Shown: one piece after another, positions 14,527 through 27,570 of the stretch
Layout of the letters: the number at the start of each line of letters is the position of its first letter
How positions within the stretch are numbered: the stretch's first letter is position 1
Origin: the human T2T-CHM13v2.0 reference genome, Homo sapiens
Strand: one strand, 5' to 3'
NCBI RefSeq assembly: GCF_009914755.1
Contig: NC_060940.1
DNA: 64,000 bases
The notes under the pieces: model-generated
What the model was told of the DNA's origin: nothing
Database searches by the model: none
The model's input: only the letters and a program-made list of their open reading frames with translations
Program-made: the position numbers and the translations under genes

Positions 14527-14986
14527 ACAACTAATACACCAACTTTCAAATTAAACTAAAGCTCTATCTCCTCTGCTTCCCCAGGCTACAAGTCTCTAGC
14601 CAGTCTCCAAATTCCCAACATACCCAATTCCTGGTGCACTCCTCTGATACGTCTTACTAGCTGCCAATTTAAGGGTGTATTTTCTGCCCGACTAACTAGA
14701 CTCTGAGTATCTTCTGGCCAAGACTGCATATTATTTATATCACACTACCTGGCACACAATTAATATTAAACAAATAACATCACTAATAATAGTTGTTTTC
14801 ATATTTTATTGATGGAAATAGGAGCTTTTCGTTGAGACCACTAAGTTTTTTGGAGAAATTATCAAAGGTACTTACATTTTCCCACACACATGCTTGTCTC
14901 TCTGCCAGAGATACTCCCTTTATGCACAGTTGTCCTTCGCCTGGTTAACAATGGCTTAGCCTATGGGTCTCAGTTTAAAACCTCCC
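14527..14986 (+). repeat. Local direct duplication, copy of 20855-21311
   Basis: Co-linear alignment over about 460 bp; about 14 mismatches in the first 138 bp by eye. Confidence 0.95.
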
Positions 14987-15160
14987 CGTGAGTAGAACCA
15001 TAAGATGTCCTCCCAGCCGGTGAGATTCCACAGCGTAGACATGGGCCCATCAACACCAAGCCCCAGATAGATCCGAATGAAGACGCAACTTTCAGAAACG
15101 TGAAGTCCAAAGATACTTGCATAAATAGGATTTTAGTGGTTCAGTCTACATTTATTTTTG

Positions 15161-15260
15161 GATGTGTAAGTTATTACAAATTTTTGTAGCTAATATAAAT
15201 AACAACTAAATACATCAGAAATAATATCTATCTTTGTGCATGTTCTCAGTGTTTTAACTT
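15161..15260 (+). repeat. About 100-bp direct duplication, paralog of 15680-15778
   Basis: 'tgtgtaagt.attacaaatttttgtagctaatataa...atcagaaataatatctatctttgtgca.gttctcagt.ttttaactt' occurs twice. Confidence 0.93.
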
Positions 15261-15262
15261 CA

Positions 15263-15722
<460 letters not shown>

Positions 15723-16094
15723 CCTAAGTAAATCAGAAATAATATCTATCTTTGTGCAAGTTCTCAGTATTTTAACTTGTTTCCTCTACATGTTCTTCCT
15801 GTTTATTGAAATCATATTCAGAACATTTATAGAAACATCTAAGTGATTATCATCTCACCACTTGGAAGCAGCTATTTTTAAGCTTTTGGGCTATTTCCTT
15901 TCAGTCCTTTCTGTGTCACTAAGTTTTTCATTTTCTTCTATCCTTTTTCCCCTTTCTTTTCTCTTTTCCTCATCCTTCTACTATTATTTTCTATAGAGAA
16001 GATCATACTCTATGCCTAGTTTTCATTTTTTTTTTCTTGCCTATGCTAGTGTATGTAATTTCTAGGATGATTCAAAATTTTCCGTGGACCAATA

Positions 16095-16332
16095 AGTCTC
16101 TACAAGGGGCAATTTTATCCCCCAGGGGACATTTGACAATGTGTAAAGACATTTTTAATTGTTACAGTTAGTGACAACTAATTAGAGGTAGTGGGTAGGG
16201 GTTTTGCTTTTGACATCTAGTGGTTCAAGACCAGGGCTGCTGCTGAACAACCTATGATACACAGGGCATTCCCCACCACAAAGAATGATCCAGTTCCCAG
16301 TGTCAGTAAAACACCAATGTTGGAGACCTCAC
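16095..16332 (+). mobile_element. MER20 (hAT-Charlie MITE)
   Basis: 'ggggcaattttatcccccaggggacatttgacaatgt...acatctagtgg...ccccaccacaaagaatgatccag'. Confidence 0.9.
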
Positions 16333-16894
16333 AGTAGATGTAATTTTTGATGGTTCTATGGTTTGAAAGTTTTTCATTTAGTTAAACACCAGTCCTCTAT
16401 CGTTCGGTGTATAAGTTATCACAAATTTTTTTAGCTAATACAAATAACATTGAACACATTTAAGTGTTTCAAATTAACACATTAGTATTCCTCTCTTTTC
16501 TGTAACCACTGAGCCAAATTAAAGCCATGGGTATTGTAAATGCCAAAATGATTATGGCTCTTCAGTACGATAAGCCCCTCAATGCAGAGCCAGTAGTAAT
16601 TCTTTATGCTCACAAGGTTTATCACATGTTCTCAACAAAAGATGACTGTCTAATGGTTAGTTATGTGAATAAATGCTTGTTGGCAGTGAAGGTTATTCAT
16701 TTTTTTCTCAACAACTTTCCCTTTTCCCCAACTTTCCGTTTAGTCTCTTTTCATGAGGTCTGTTGGCCCCTGAGACCAGGAGTTAGAAAGCAGATGCCGA
16801 GTCACATCATCACTTCCTGGTACTCTGCCAACGTTATGGGGATGTCAGCGACATTGGTATTAGTGTGTCATTCACTATAATAGATCAGCAGCTG

Positions 16895-17181
16895 GGCTGG
16901 GCATGGTGGTCACGTCTGTAATCCCAGCACTTTGGGAGGCTGAGGTGAGTGGGTCACTTGAGATCAGGAGCTCGAGACTAACCTGGCCAACATGGTGACA
17001 CCCCCATCTCTACTAAAAATACAAAAATTAGCCAGGCATGGTGGCACACACCTGTACTTCCAGCTACTCAGAAGGCTGAGGTAGGAGAACCACTTGAACC
17101 CAGGAGACGAGGTTGCAGTGAGCTGAGATCGCGCCACTGCACTCCAGCCTAGGTGACAGAGACTCTGAAAAAAAAAAAAAA
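16895..17181 (+). mobile_element. AluS (Sx/Sz-like)
   Basis: Full dimer; degenerate TSD agatcagca/agattagca lies beyond the GAAA tract. Confidence 0.93.
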
Positions 17182-17185
17182 GCGG

Positions 17186-17264
17186 GAAACAAAAAGAAAG
17201 AATGAATGAAAGAAAGAAAGAAGAAAGAATGAAAGAAAAGAAAGAAAGAGAAAGAAAGAAAGGA

Positions 17265-17323
<59 letters not shown>

Positions 17324-17332
17324 GAAAAAAAA
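17186..17332. repeat. (GAAA)n microsatellite in the Alu tail
   Basis: Directly visible; long pure GAAA run at about 17263-17322. Confidence 0.97.
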
Positions 17333-17669
17333 GATTAGCAACCATAGGACAGAAAGACATCTGAATAAATAGGATTTGAGTGGTCTATTTTACAGATGAG
17401 AATGCTAAGGCCCAGGGAGAAAATGCCTCCACCAGAGCCACATAGCTGATAAGAGAGGTTCATTCCTCTGTGGCCAGTACTCTGTGCCTTCCAAGTGAGT
17501 AACCCTGCAGAGGCCTGCTGGGGCTTTTCTCTGTGGAAGCTGGAGGAGCTCTGGACGTCCGTAAAGAAGCCTTTATGTCCTACCTGGTGTAGCCTGAACT
17601 GCAGACCTGGTCCCCAAAGCCCAGGATGCTCCTAGAGTCAGCCCTGCCTCTCCTGAGCCAACGATAGGC

Positions 17670-17822
17670 CAAAGTTTCTCAAAGAGTGGTCTTGAGTTAT
17701 TTACATCAAAATCCCTAAGACTCTTATTACCTTCAGATTCCTAGGTCCTACTGTAAATGCACCAACTATTTCATATCAGTTCCCTACCAGATTCTCAGGC
17801 ATGCTTAAATCTGAGAAGCATT
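17670..17822. mobile_element. MER5-like MITE
   Basis: 'tttctcaaagagtggtc...cagattcctaggtcc...gattctcaggcatgcttaaatctgagaagcattg'. Confidence 0.7.
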
Positions 17823-17831
17823 GAGTTAGAA

Positions 17832-18010
17832 AAGGGGTTGACACATTTTTTTTCTCCAAAGGGCCAGACGGTAAATACTTTAGGCTTTGTGGACAGTATA
17901 GTCTCTGTTGCAAAGTCTCAACTGGGCATTGCAACGTGAAAGCAGCTACAGGCAATACATAGATGGTCATATCTAGATTTGGCCTATGAGACATAGTTTA
18001 CCAGCCTCTG
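17832..18010. mobile_element. MER58A MITE
   Basis: 'aaagggccagacggtaaatactttaggctttgtggac...aaagcagctacaggcaatacata...catagtttaccagcctctg'. Confidence 0.88.
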
Positions 18011-20074
18011 GGATAAACCATTCAGTCAACCAAAATAGTTTGAAGCCTGAATTCATATGTTAGCCTCATTTATTCTCATTTCACAAAAGGAGATGCTCTT
18101 TGAGACACTGGATACATATTGGGAGGCCTGGAAATGATTGCAAGCTTGGCTCAGATCTAACTGTATGGACTTGGCAACTCTGTTCCTTCACTAAGACTCA
18201 GTTTCCCCATCTTATAACAGTTGACCCCTCAGCCCTCAGTCAGCCTCAGCTGGCATGCATGTCCCTTGACTTTCTCCTGCAATTGATGGCATCTTAGAGC
18301 CTCAGGAGCATTTGTCTACTGCCTGTCCCTGTGTGTCGGACGGAAAAGGAGGGCTTTGGCCAGCCTAGGCCTCACTTCCCAGCAGCTTCCCTGAGCACCT
18401 CCAGGCTTCTCGGCAAAGGCTAGAGCTCAAAAGGCCAAGAGTGAGTCACAGGGCGGGGGTGCCAGAATTTGCTTTTCTCACTCCCTCTCTCCAGGCTTTG
18501 CCTTCCAAGACACTGGGCTGGAGGCCCTGGCGGTGTGGGAGGAAGGGGCAGCCCTCTTCCCAGCCCCACCTGTGTGCCACCTTGATGGCTCTCAACAGGC
18601 GGAGTCTGCTGGGCTCCACCCACAATCCTAAGTCCTCTTCTCCATCCTCATCTGCCTGTCCGGGTTCATCATGCCCAGTAACCATGGGCAAATGCCCATA
18701 GGGACCACAGGGATCAGATCTCAGCTTTCTCTCCCAAACTCTTCTCTCTGTACCTATCTTCTCTGTTTAGCAAATTCCTGCTTATTCTTCGTGTGCTGCC
18801 ACTTCCAAGAAGCCTTCCTGGGTTGCTGAAGAGGCTTACTCCACTACTCCGTGATGCTTTGGTTGCCCTCACACAATCCACCTTTTGACCATTTCTCAGC
18901 ACTTGGACTATTGATGTTGTTGTTTCTGCTGTTATTGTGAGTCTCTCACATAGGCAATGGGTGTGTCCATGGCAAGAACTGAATCTTACTAATTTTTATA
19001 TCCCTTGACCTCAGTGCAACTTGTACACACTAGGAGCTTAATCATTGCATGTCAAACTTATTTCATAAAGGTAGATTTCATTTGGTGCTCAAAAGAAAAT
19101 TAAATAAGGCTTTCTCTACCAGGTAGCAAACTTATGGAGCTTATTACCCCCAAGAAGTGGATCAATACAACTATGAATGCATTACAGAAAAAGTAAGATA
19201 CTGAATGCTGAGGAGATCCAAATGGATTGTGATCATTTTTAGCCACCTTTGCTTTCACTTTACTTCTCTTTATTCATTAAACGCTTCGTTCTCCTATTGG
19301 TGGGCATCATCCAAATTTGTTATCTTGAGTCCTCCTTTGCTTTGATTTCTTTGTCTTTATAATTGAAAGCCTCAGATTTGAGAAAGTCTCAGAATCTCTT
19401 AGCTTGGTAAAAGTTCATATTTCAAGGTCTACCCTGAGAGAGGGGGAAGTAGTAGGGCTTGGGTGGGTCCTGGAGGTGCCTTTATAACAAGCTCCCAAGG
19501 CTACCTGCAGGCAGGCGGTTTGTGCGTCACTCTACCCTTCCCTTCCTGGTTGATTGACTTTTTTCTTTTTTTTAAGTGCCAGTTCTATGCCCAATACTGC
19601 TGTAGGAACTGAAAATAGAGTGGAGACCCAAAGAGTGGTCCTCCCTTCATGGGGAATGCATGCTGCCCTTCCCTCCACTGGATCTTCCATGACATCATTT
19701 GAAGACCTCCGTGGTCAGGCTGTCCTGGAAATTTCTCATCAATGTGTTCAAAAGGCCATTGTTTACTCTCTCTCCAAATATCAGCTGCCCTCCATGCCAC
19801 CCTGTCCTTGACTTCCCTGCGTCTATCATGGTTCCAGCATTCTTCTTCCTCCTTCCCCCAGTTGCCCACCCTGTGTGTTGTTTGTGCATTATCTACTCTA
19901 ACTGTGCAGGTATCAGGCCTTTTTGATTCTTCATCCTTACCACTTGTCTCTTCTCATGTCTCTGGTTAATCACAAACAAGATCCTTAGAAGTTCATGCTA
20001 AAAGCCTGCAGAAGACACTTCATTTGCTTCCCTCATCTTTTCTTATTTTAATTTATTCAAATTGATCTTCAAGT

Positions 20075-20230
20075 GCTGTGTTTCTGAAACTATGACAAGC
20101 ACTAGAATTATCTGGAAGTCCTGTGAAAATGAGATTCCCTGTTCATTGCTCTGCAGGGTCACCTGAGATTTGGCAATCTCACATGCTGAGGCTGGTGGTT
20201 CGTGGATGTCACTTTGAGGGGCAGGTCCTA
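20075..20230. mobile_element. MER5-like MITE
   Basis: 'cactagaattatctggaagtcctgtgaaaatgagattccc...gctggtggttcgtggatgtcactttgag'. Confidence 0.65.
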
Positions 20231-20494
20231 GAACACACTGTTTTTACTTTGTAAGTCTCCTTCCTTTTTCTCCATTGGCTGTCACCCATCAGCTTCAACC
20301 CTGAAATTTAGACTGGCATTTACAGCTTAAACCTGCCAGTGGTCTTCTCATTGAATTTTTTTCTCCTCCTTCTTAGACTCTTTTCTTTGCTTCACAGGTC
20401 TCCTTCCAGCCCATTTCCCCCATCTTTGCTTTTGCTACCTTTCACATCAGAAATGTTGTCATCTTTCCCTTGATTCTTTGAATCTTTACCTAAC

Positions 20495-20867
20495 TCATAT
20501 GGTTTGGCTGTGTCCCCACCCAAATCTCATCTTGAATTGTAGTTCTCATAATCCCCAGGTGTCATGAGAGGGACCCAGTGGGAGGTAATTTCATCATGTA
20601 GGCTGTTAGTCTTATGCAGTTCTCGTGATAGTGAGTGAGTTCTCATGACATCTGATGGTTTTATAAGGGGCTTTTTCCCCTTTCACTCTGCACTTCTTCC
20701 TGTCACCACTTGAAGGAGAATTTACTTGCTTCCTTTTCTACCACGATTGTAAGTTTCCTGAGGCCTCCCCAGCCATGCTGAACTGTGAGTCAATTAAACC
20801 TCTTTCCTTTATAAATTACCCAGTCTCTGGTATGTCTTTATTAGCAGTGTGAGAACAAATTAATACA
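20495..20867 (+). mobile_element. THE1C/D-type solo LTR
   Basis: 'atatggtttggctgtgtccccacccaaatctcatcttgaattgtag...caattaaacctctttcctttataaattacccagtctc...taataca'; TSD ctaac/ccagc. Confidence 0.95.
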
Positions 20868-21479
20868 CCAGCCTTCCAGTTAAACTAAAGCTCTATTTCC
20901 TCTACTTCCCCAGACTACAAGTCTCTAGCCAGTCTCCAAATTTCCAACACACCCACTTCCTGGTGCATTCCTCTGATATATCTTACTAGCTGACAATTTA
21001 GTGGTGTGTTTACTGCCCAACTAACTAGACTGTGAGCATCTTGTGGCCAAGACTCCATATTATTTATATCACACTCCCTGGCACACAGTTAATATTAAAC
21101 AAATAACACCACTAATAATAGTTGTTTTCATATTTTAATGGAAATCAGGACTTTTGGTTGAGACCACTAAGTTTTTTGGAGAAATCATCATAGGTACTTA
21201 CATCTTCCTATACACATGCTTGTCCCTCTGCCAGAAACACTACCTTTATGCACAGTTGACCTTTGCCTGGTTAACAATGGCTTATCCTCTGGGTCTAAGT
21301 TTAAAACTCCCTTCTTCAGAGATGTCTCTGACCATCCAGATTAGTCTATTTCTCTCTGATATCATTTGCATAGCACACTATACTCTCTCTTATAGCATGA
21401 ATCACACCTGAAATCAGTAATTTTACTATCTTTTCCAACTATTTGTATTGTAAGAAGATTATATATCGTTGCCTGTTAT

Positions 21480-21590
21480 TGTATGACCTACAGTTCCTCT
21501 CTGTGGGAAGAGTGTATTTCCCTGCTCCATTTATGTTGGTTCTGGCCATGTGACCTGATTTAGCCAATGAAAAAACACAGTGAAATGCAC
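21480..21590 (+). mobile_element. MLT1 (J-like) LTR fragment
   Basis: 'gtgtatttccctgctccatttatgttggttctggccatgtgacctgatttagccaatg'. Confidence 0.6.
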
Positions 21591-21642
21591 CATTTTTAGC
21601 CATCTCTAGTTAAACACCTTCCTGGAGGAGTAAATTCTATAC

Positions 21643-21858
21643 CAGTGGTTCTCAACCAGGGCTTGATTTTTCTTTCCATGGGAAAATTGCCAATATCTGG
21701 AGATCTTTTTAGTTGTCACATATGGGGGTAATGCTGCTGGCATTAGTGAGTAGAGGCCAGGGACGCTGCTAAACATCCTACAATGTGCAGAATAGCTCCC
21801 CACAAAAAAAGAAGTATCCAGCCCTCAATGTGAATGGTACCGAGGCTGAGAAACTGGG
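21643..21858 (+). mobile_element. MER20
   Basis: 'cagtggttctcaaccagggc...gctgctggcattagtgagtagaggccagggacgctgctaaacatcctacaatg...gaggctgagaaac'. Confidence 0.92.
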
Positions 21859-22110
21859 CTATACACCAATGTCATCTGAGAAAAACTCTACTCCAAGTGG
21901 GAAAATGAGCTTTGAAATAAACATCCATTCACTAGTTTAGTGTCCTGGATTTTACAATCTTTCTGAACCTTGTTTTCTTAATTATTTGAGAAGTGTGTAT
22001 GATAACTCTACCCTCAAGAAGATGTGGTAGAGATTAAAGAAAATATCGTAAGTGTCGTGAATGGCATATTGGTCTACAAGAATGCTAGATCTGTCTCCTG
22101 TCCTCACTGA

Positions 22111-22443
<333 letters not shown>

Positions 22444-22834
22444 CAATCAAGTTTTTAATTCTCTAAATAACATTAGGATTTGTGCTAGAACCTTTAAAAT
22501 ATTACTCAAACGAGGGCAGCAGGGATTGGGGATAGGATTTCTATTATTTGTGCTACCTGACTAATTCTGGAGACTTGGACCCAGACTTTGGTGGGTTGAA
22601 TCCAAAGGTGCAGGGACTTTGTGTTCCCCAAGAGGGCAGGCAGCAGAGCCCATGTGTTCTTTAACTAACTGTGTCTTTGTGTTTGCAATGGCAATGGGAA
22701 AGAGGGAAAAATTATAATAATTCTTACAATGATTATGTGCTGGGATCTTTGGCTGGAATGATCCCTTGGAATGAAAAGCTGATACTATCATGCCTTTGCT
22801 TACATCCCTTCAGTGGCTTGTTTTCTTTGGAGCC

Positions 22835-23130
22835 TGTAAAATCAAAGTCCAAATCCTTCCTGTGACTTAGAGTCGCCGCAGTCTGTCTCTTGTCCTCCCT
22901 ACTCTAGTGTACCCATATTGTCCACGGATCTCGGAATATGTCATGCCTTCTCTAGTCTCAGGGTCTTTGCACAGGAAGTTCCCATGTTATAAAATGCTTT
23001 TCCCCCTTCTTTTCACCTTTATAACCTCTACTTATCTTCCTGTTTTATGCTAAAGTCTCTGTCAGAGAAGGCTTTCTCAAATCCTCCAAACAAGTCAGGT
23101 CATTTCCCCCTGTATTTCTACGATGCCCAT
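22835..23130 (+). mobile_element. L2 fragment
   Basis: 'aaagtccaaatcctt', 'ctcagggtctttgcacaggaagttccc', 'tcagagaaggcttttct'. Confidence 0.65.
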
Positions 23131-23997
23131 TCTCAGAGCTGATGGCAATCAGTAAAACTGTGTCCCTCACTGTATGCTTACCAGTTAAAACATTGAAGAC
23201 AATACTTTTGTAATTGTTGATGATTTATTACTGCTCTGAGCCCCCAGTGCCAAGCCCTGACCACACGGACCCTCTTTGGAACATTCCCTTTTGCCCATTC
23301 CCCATTACTCCAAAATCAAGCAACTAAAAGTTTATTCTCTGGCACCATAGTGGACTTTCAGACCCCTGATCTGAGGTTACAGCCAAAATCCATTCTGATT
23401 GGCCCATATAATCCCTGCTCATATTTCTGCCTTATGATTATTTGTCTCATAATCATGTTATCGAGCAGTGATTATTTGTGTTTTTGGTAACATTCTAAAA
23501 TCCAGAAAGCAGGGGCGAGTTTTAGAGTATAGTGGACCTGCAACCTGAAATACTCAATATGCACTTCTGTTAACTGCTTGTGTTATTTAATCCTCACAAC
23601 TCCATGAGGTAAAAGTTGTCCAGCCTTTCTATTTTACAACTGAGGCTTCAAAAGATAAAAGAGATCCATGCTGAAGGGAGAGGAAAAGAAGAAGACCCCA
23701 AGGACCACAGGCCTGGGCCTGTGTTATCCCAATGCCATCATCTCAGGATACGATGGGAGCTGCTAGGTGTAGAGATGGCTCTTCTTTGAAGAAACCCCCA
23801 TGAAATGGTTTCAGGGGAGGTCACTGTGGTTATATCCCAGAAGATTTGCCCTGCAAGTGAAACAGAAGCTTCTCATGGAGATGTGGAGGGGGCTGCCCCG
23901 CTGTGTCAGAAAGTGGAGACTCTATGGAACCAACCCCATTATACTGAGATAGGGTTGAGGCTGCTGATGGGTCTTTACCTATTGTAGCTTCCATTTG

Positions 23998-24571
23998 TAT
24001 GGTAGGCAGCCGCTAAGATGGCCCCAGATATCACTGCCTTGTGATAGTCCTGTCTTTGTGTAATCCACTCCCCATGAGTGTGGGCTGGATCTACTGGCTC
24101 TCTTCTGCTAAACAGATGATCGAAAAAGTGATGAAATGTCACTTCTAAAATTAGGTTACACAGAGAATGTGGTTTCTTTTTTGCTCACTCCCTCTTACTC
24201 AGGGAAACTAGCTACCTCTTTATGTACTGCCCTATGGAGAGGCACACATGTCAAGAAACTGAGGGAGTGCCTTCCAGTCAACAGCCAGCCAGGAACTAAG
24301 GTGCTCAGTACAGCAGCCTCCACAAAGGACTGAACAATGCCAACAGCTATTTGATTGTGCTTGGAAGATCTCCGTTTAGTTAACCCTTCAGATGAGACCG
24401 CAGCCCTGGCCAGCAAACAAATTGCAGCCTATGGAAAGACCTTAAGGCAGAAGCACCCAACTGAACCACCCGAGGGCTCTGACTTACAGAAACTGTGAGC
24501 AGTAAGTGCCTATTTTTTTAAACCACTATACTTTGGGGATGGTTTGTTACACAGTTATAGACTACTAATAG
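23998..24571 (+). mobile_element. MLT1F-like solo LTR
   Basis: 'ggtaggcagccgctaagatggcccc', 'ccctatggagaggcacacatg', 'cttcagatgagaccgcagccctgg'; ends 'gtttgttacacagttatagactactaata'. Confidence 0.88.
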
Positions 24572-26169
24572 AGTTTGTTAAGTTAGTATTTTAGTCTGCT
24601 TTTTTAGCTGCAAGATAAAACTAACCCCTTCACATAAACAGTTAGATTGCAACTCTATAGGTTCCGTTTTAACTTTATAGTTAGCTACTAATGAATCTAC
24701 ACATAAATATTCAGATTCCCCTAACACAGAAGAGAGGCCTACTATGTGCAGCATTATGAAATGTGAATTTCTAGATATAAAGACTTTGTCTCATTCATCT
24801 CTATACCCCAAGGCCAAGACCAAACTTTATCACATCATAGCTATTTAATATTGATGGGTTGATTTAAACGATCTAATTACTGGATAGCTATTATGACCCA
24901 CATTTTACTGATATAATAAGAGAAGTACCTAGAGTTTAAGTGATTCAGAGAAAGTCATGTGAGTGGAGTCAGGGCTTTTGCCCAAATTCTCAGGCTGCCA
25001 TCTGTGTATCCCAGAACTTCCTTAGTGGGTAAAATAGCTCATTACTGACTAGAATGGCAATGTTTTCCTTCCATTGCAACATACTAGCTCAAAATAAGCA
25101 GGTGGCTTTTTTTAGAAAAACAGTGTTTCATTAAAGATTGTATTCCAAAAAGGCTTTGTTAACTCCTTTTTTCCCTTTAAGTATAGTGAAATGGCCTCTA
25201 CCTTATTTTGAATGGATTTCTGGGATAAAGTTCTTCAGTGATAACATGTTTGAAGTAAGTAACAATTAAGTTATCTTAGTCCTCACTAATAATGTTCATA
25301 GAGCAATTGGTGTTTCTTTCTGAGTTAATAACAAACATTTGCAGCCAAACCATAGGACTCTGAAGATAAAGCAATTGGCAAGAAACGGTATGTTTAAATA
25401 CCAGAAAATAGCCCATATCCAAACAGGTGTGCGATAAAACAGTATAAATAAACTGCTCTGTATGCAGTTTAGCCCAAGCAGAATTGTGTAGGAAACTTTC
25501 TTATTCTGGAAAAAATATAACCAAACCAGGCCTCTTGTATCCTCCTTAGACTGCACAGCTGGAAAAACAGTTCTTGTTCAAACAGCCGAAAGTAAAAGTT
25601 GTTTTAATTTTTTTTAATGGCCAGATAAACAAAACCTTGCTAGAGGAATGACTATACTTGTGCAAATATGGCCTTGAGCTAGAATCTTGTGAAAGACTCA
25701 CCTCTTTTCAACCTTTAAGAAATATGCCTGCTTCTTTGAATTCGCAATGGTCACTTCATGTTGTGTTAGGATATTTTTTAAAAATGTTTCTGTTGGTACA
25801 GTTATCTTAATCACCTGGGTACTTGACTTGACTTACGGCATTAAGAGTATAGATGCCTAAAAGAAGTACTTGGTTTCTATTAAGATCTCCTAAGTGCACA
25901 GGAAACATGGTTTAGAGCTCAAAGAGGTTATAAAAACTGTCCATCTTTTCATGCCATTTCTTTCTGGCCAGGAACAAAGGTAAGACAAGAGGTTGGTCCA
26001 TGCCAGAAAGTCTGAAAGTATGCGGGTTAAATGTTTCCAAGTGTGCTGTTTGGTGTTTGGGATCATTTGTTCTTTGCCAAGCTGTGTCTAAGGGGGGAAA
26101 AAGCAAAAACAATGGAGACGTAGCCTAAGGTTCCTGGAGATATCTGGCATTTGACATGCCTCAGTGGTG

Positions 26170-26420
26170 AGGAGCATTTATGGTCTAGTGAAAAGTAAGT
26201 GGTCCTCTGCATTCCACAATCCAAACCCTGGCTAAATCTCTGACCAGTAGGACAATTACCACTTCTGAGTCTCAGTTTTCCATCTCTAAAATGGTCTTCT
26301 ATACACAGTTATGAAGACTACATGGAAATACATAACTTGTTAGAGGCAATAACACATGAAGATTACATGCAGTAATACACATGCAATAACATAAATAATC
26401 TTATGACGATTACATGCCCT
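26170..26420 (+). mobile_element. MIR SINE with rearranged 3' part
   Basis: 'ttctgagtctcagttttccatctctaaaatgg'. Confidence 0.7.
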
Positions 26421-26532
26421 GGAATGATTATCTATAGATACTGTGTGCAAAGTGAAATTATACCAAGTGCTATAGAAATAAAAATGGCTGAATAGAGGTC
26501 AATTGGTGTGGCAGTTAGGAGCATAGGTTCTG

Positions 26533-26922
26533 GGCCGGGCACAGTGGCTCATGCCTGTAATCCCAGAACTTTGGGAGGCCAGGGCAGAAGGATAGTTTGA
26601 GCTCAGGAGTTAAAGACCAGCCGGGACAACATGGCAAAATCCTGTCTCCACAAAAAAAAAAAGAAAGAAAAGCTAGCCGGGCAGGGTGGTGCATGCCCAC
26701 ATTCCCAGCCACTTGGGAGGCTGAGGTGGGAGAATCACTTGAGCCCAGGAGGTCAAGGCGTAAGTGAGCTCTGGTAAGTGCATTAGGTTGGTGCAAAAGT
26801 AATTGCAGTTTCGGGCTCTAGTTTTAAGTGGCAGAGACCACAATTACTTTTGTGCCAACCTAATACCACTGAACTCCAGCCTGGGTGACAAAGTAAGACC
26901 ATGTCTCAAAAAAAAAAAAAAA
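26533..26922 (+). mobile_element. AluJ carrying a MADE1, itself inside a MIR
   Basis: J-type 'cacttgagcccaggaggtcaagg'; MIR core resumes at about 26940-27060 ('tttccctatctgtaaaatgacaataatagcagtac'). Confidence 0.92.
26783..26863. mobile_element. MADE1 (Hsmar1 mariner MITE)
   Basis: TIRs ttaggttggtgcaaaagtaattgc...caattacttttgtgccaacctaa, 81 bp, flanked CA/TA. Confidence 0.96.
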
Positions 26923-27495
26923 TAGTGTAGATTCTAAGCTCAGGCTTGCTTGAAATTCTGGCTCATTTTCTTTGTATCTGAGTAGCCCTGGTGAGTCTGA
27001 ATTTCCCTATCTGTAAAATGACAATAATAGCAGTACATTCTTTATTCTGTTTAAAATGAAGAGCTCAAGTGCTAGTGTGTACTCATGTGCTTTCTTTGTG
27101 AGTTCAAGCACTCAAGACTTCAAATGGTATCTTCCAGAGCTTCTTCAGCTAGATTCTGTCCTCTTCCTCATTTGTCACTCTGCTGGCTGCTCCAGGTCGT
27201 TCCAATCTATAAATAACCATTTCAGAGCCAGACATCACTGACTAATATCTCAATCTCTAGGAACAAACATTTTGACTTGTGCCACACTCAGTGGTTCAGA
27301 ATGATTGTAACCCAATTCTGACTATAACTAGAACGAGATGGAAATCCAGCATTCTACTTGGGAGCAGGATTTTCTCTAAGAAACTACAGCGGATCAGGAT
27401 AAAAGTTCTCTTTTCTGTTATTCATAAAAGGCAGGGAAAGAGAGTCAGAGTTATGGCTTATGGTGTCGCAAGAATGTTCAGTATCATTTTAAGGA

Positions 27496-27570
27496 TCTCT
27501 GTCTCGTTCTCTCTCTCTCTTGCTCTCGCTCTTGCTCTTGCTCTTGCTTTTTCTCTTCCCTTTCCCTCCC
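27496..27570. repeat. (CT)n/(CTCTTG)n microsatellite
   Basis: Directly visible. Confidence 0.85.
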
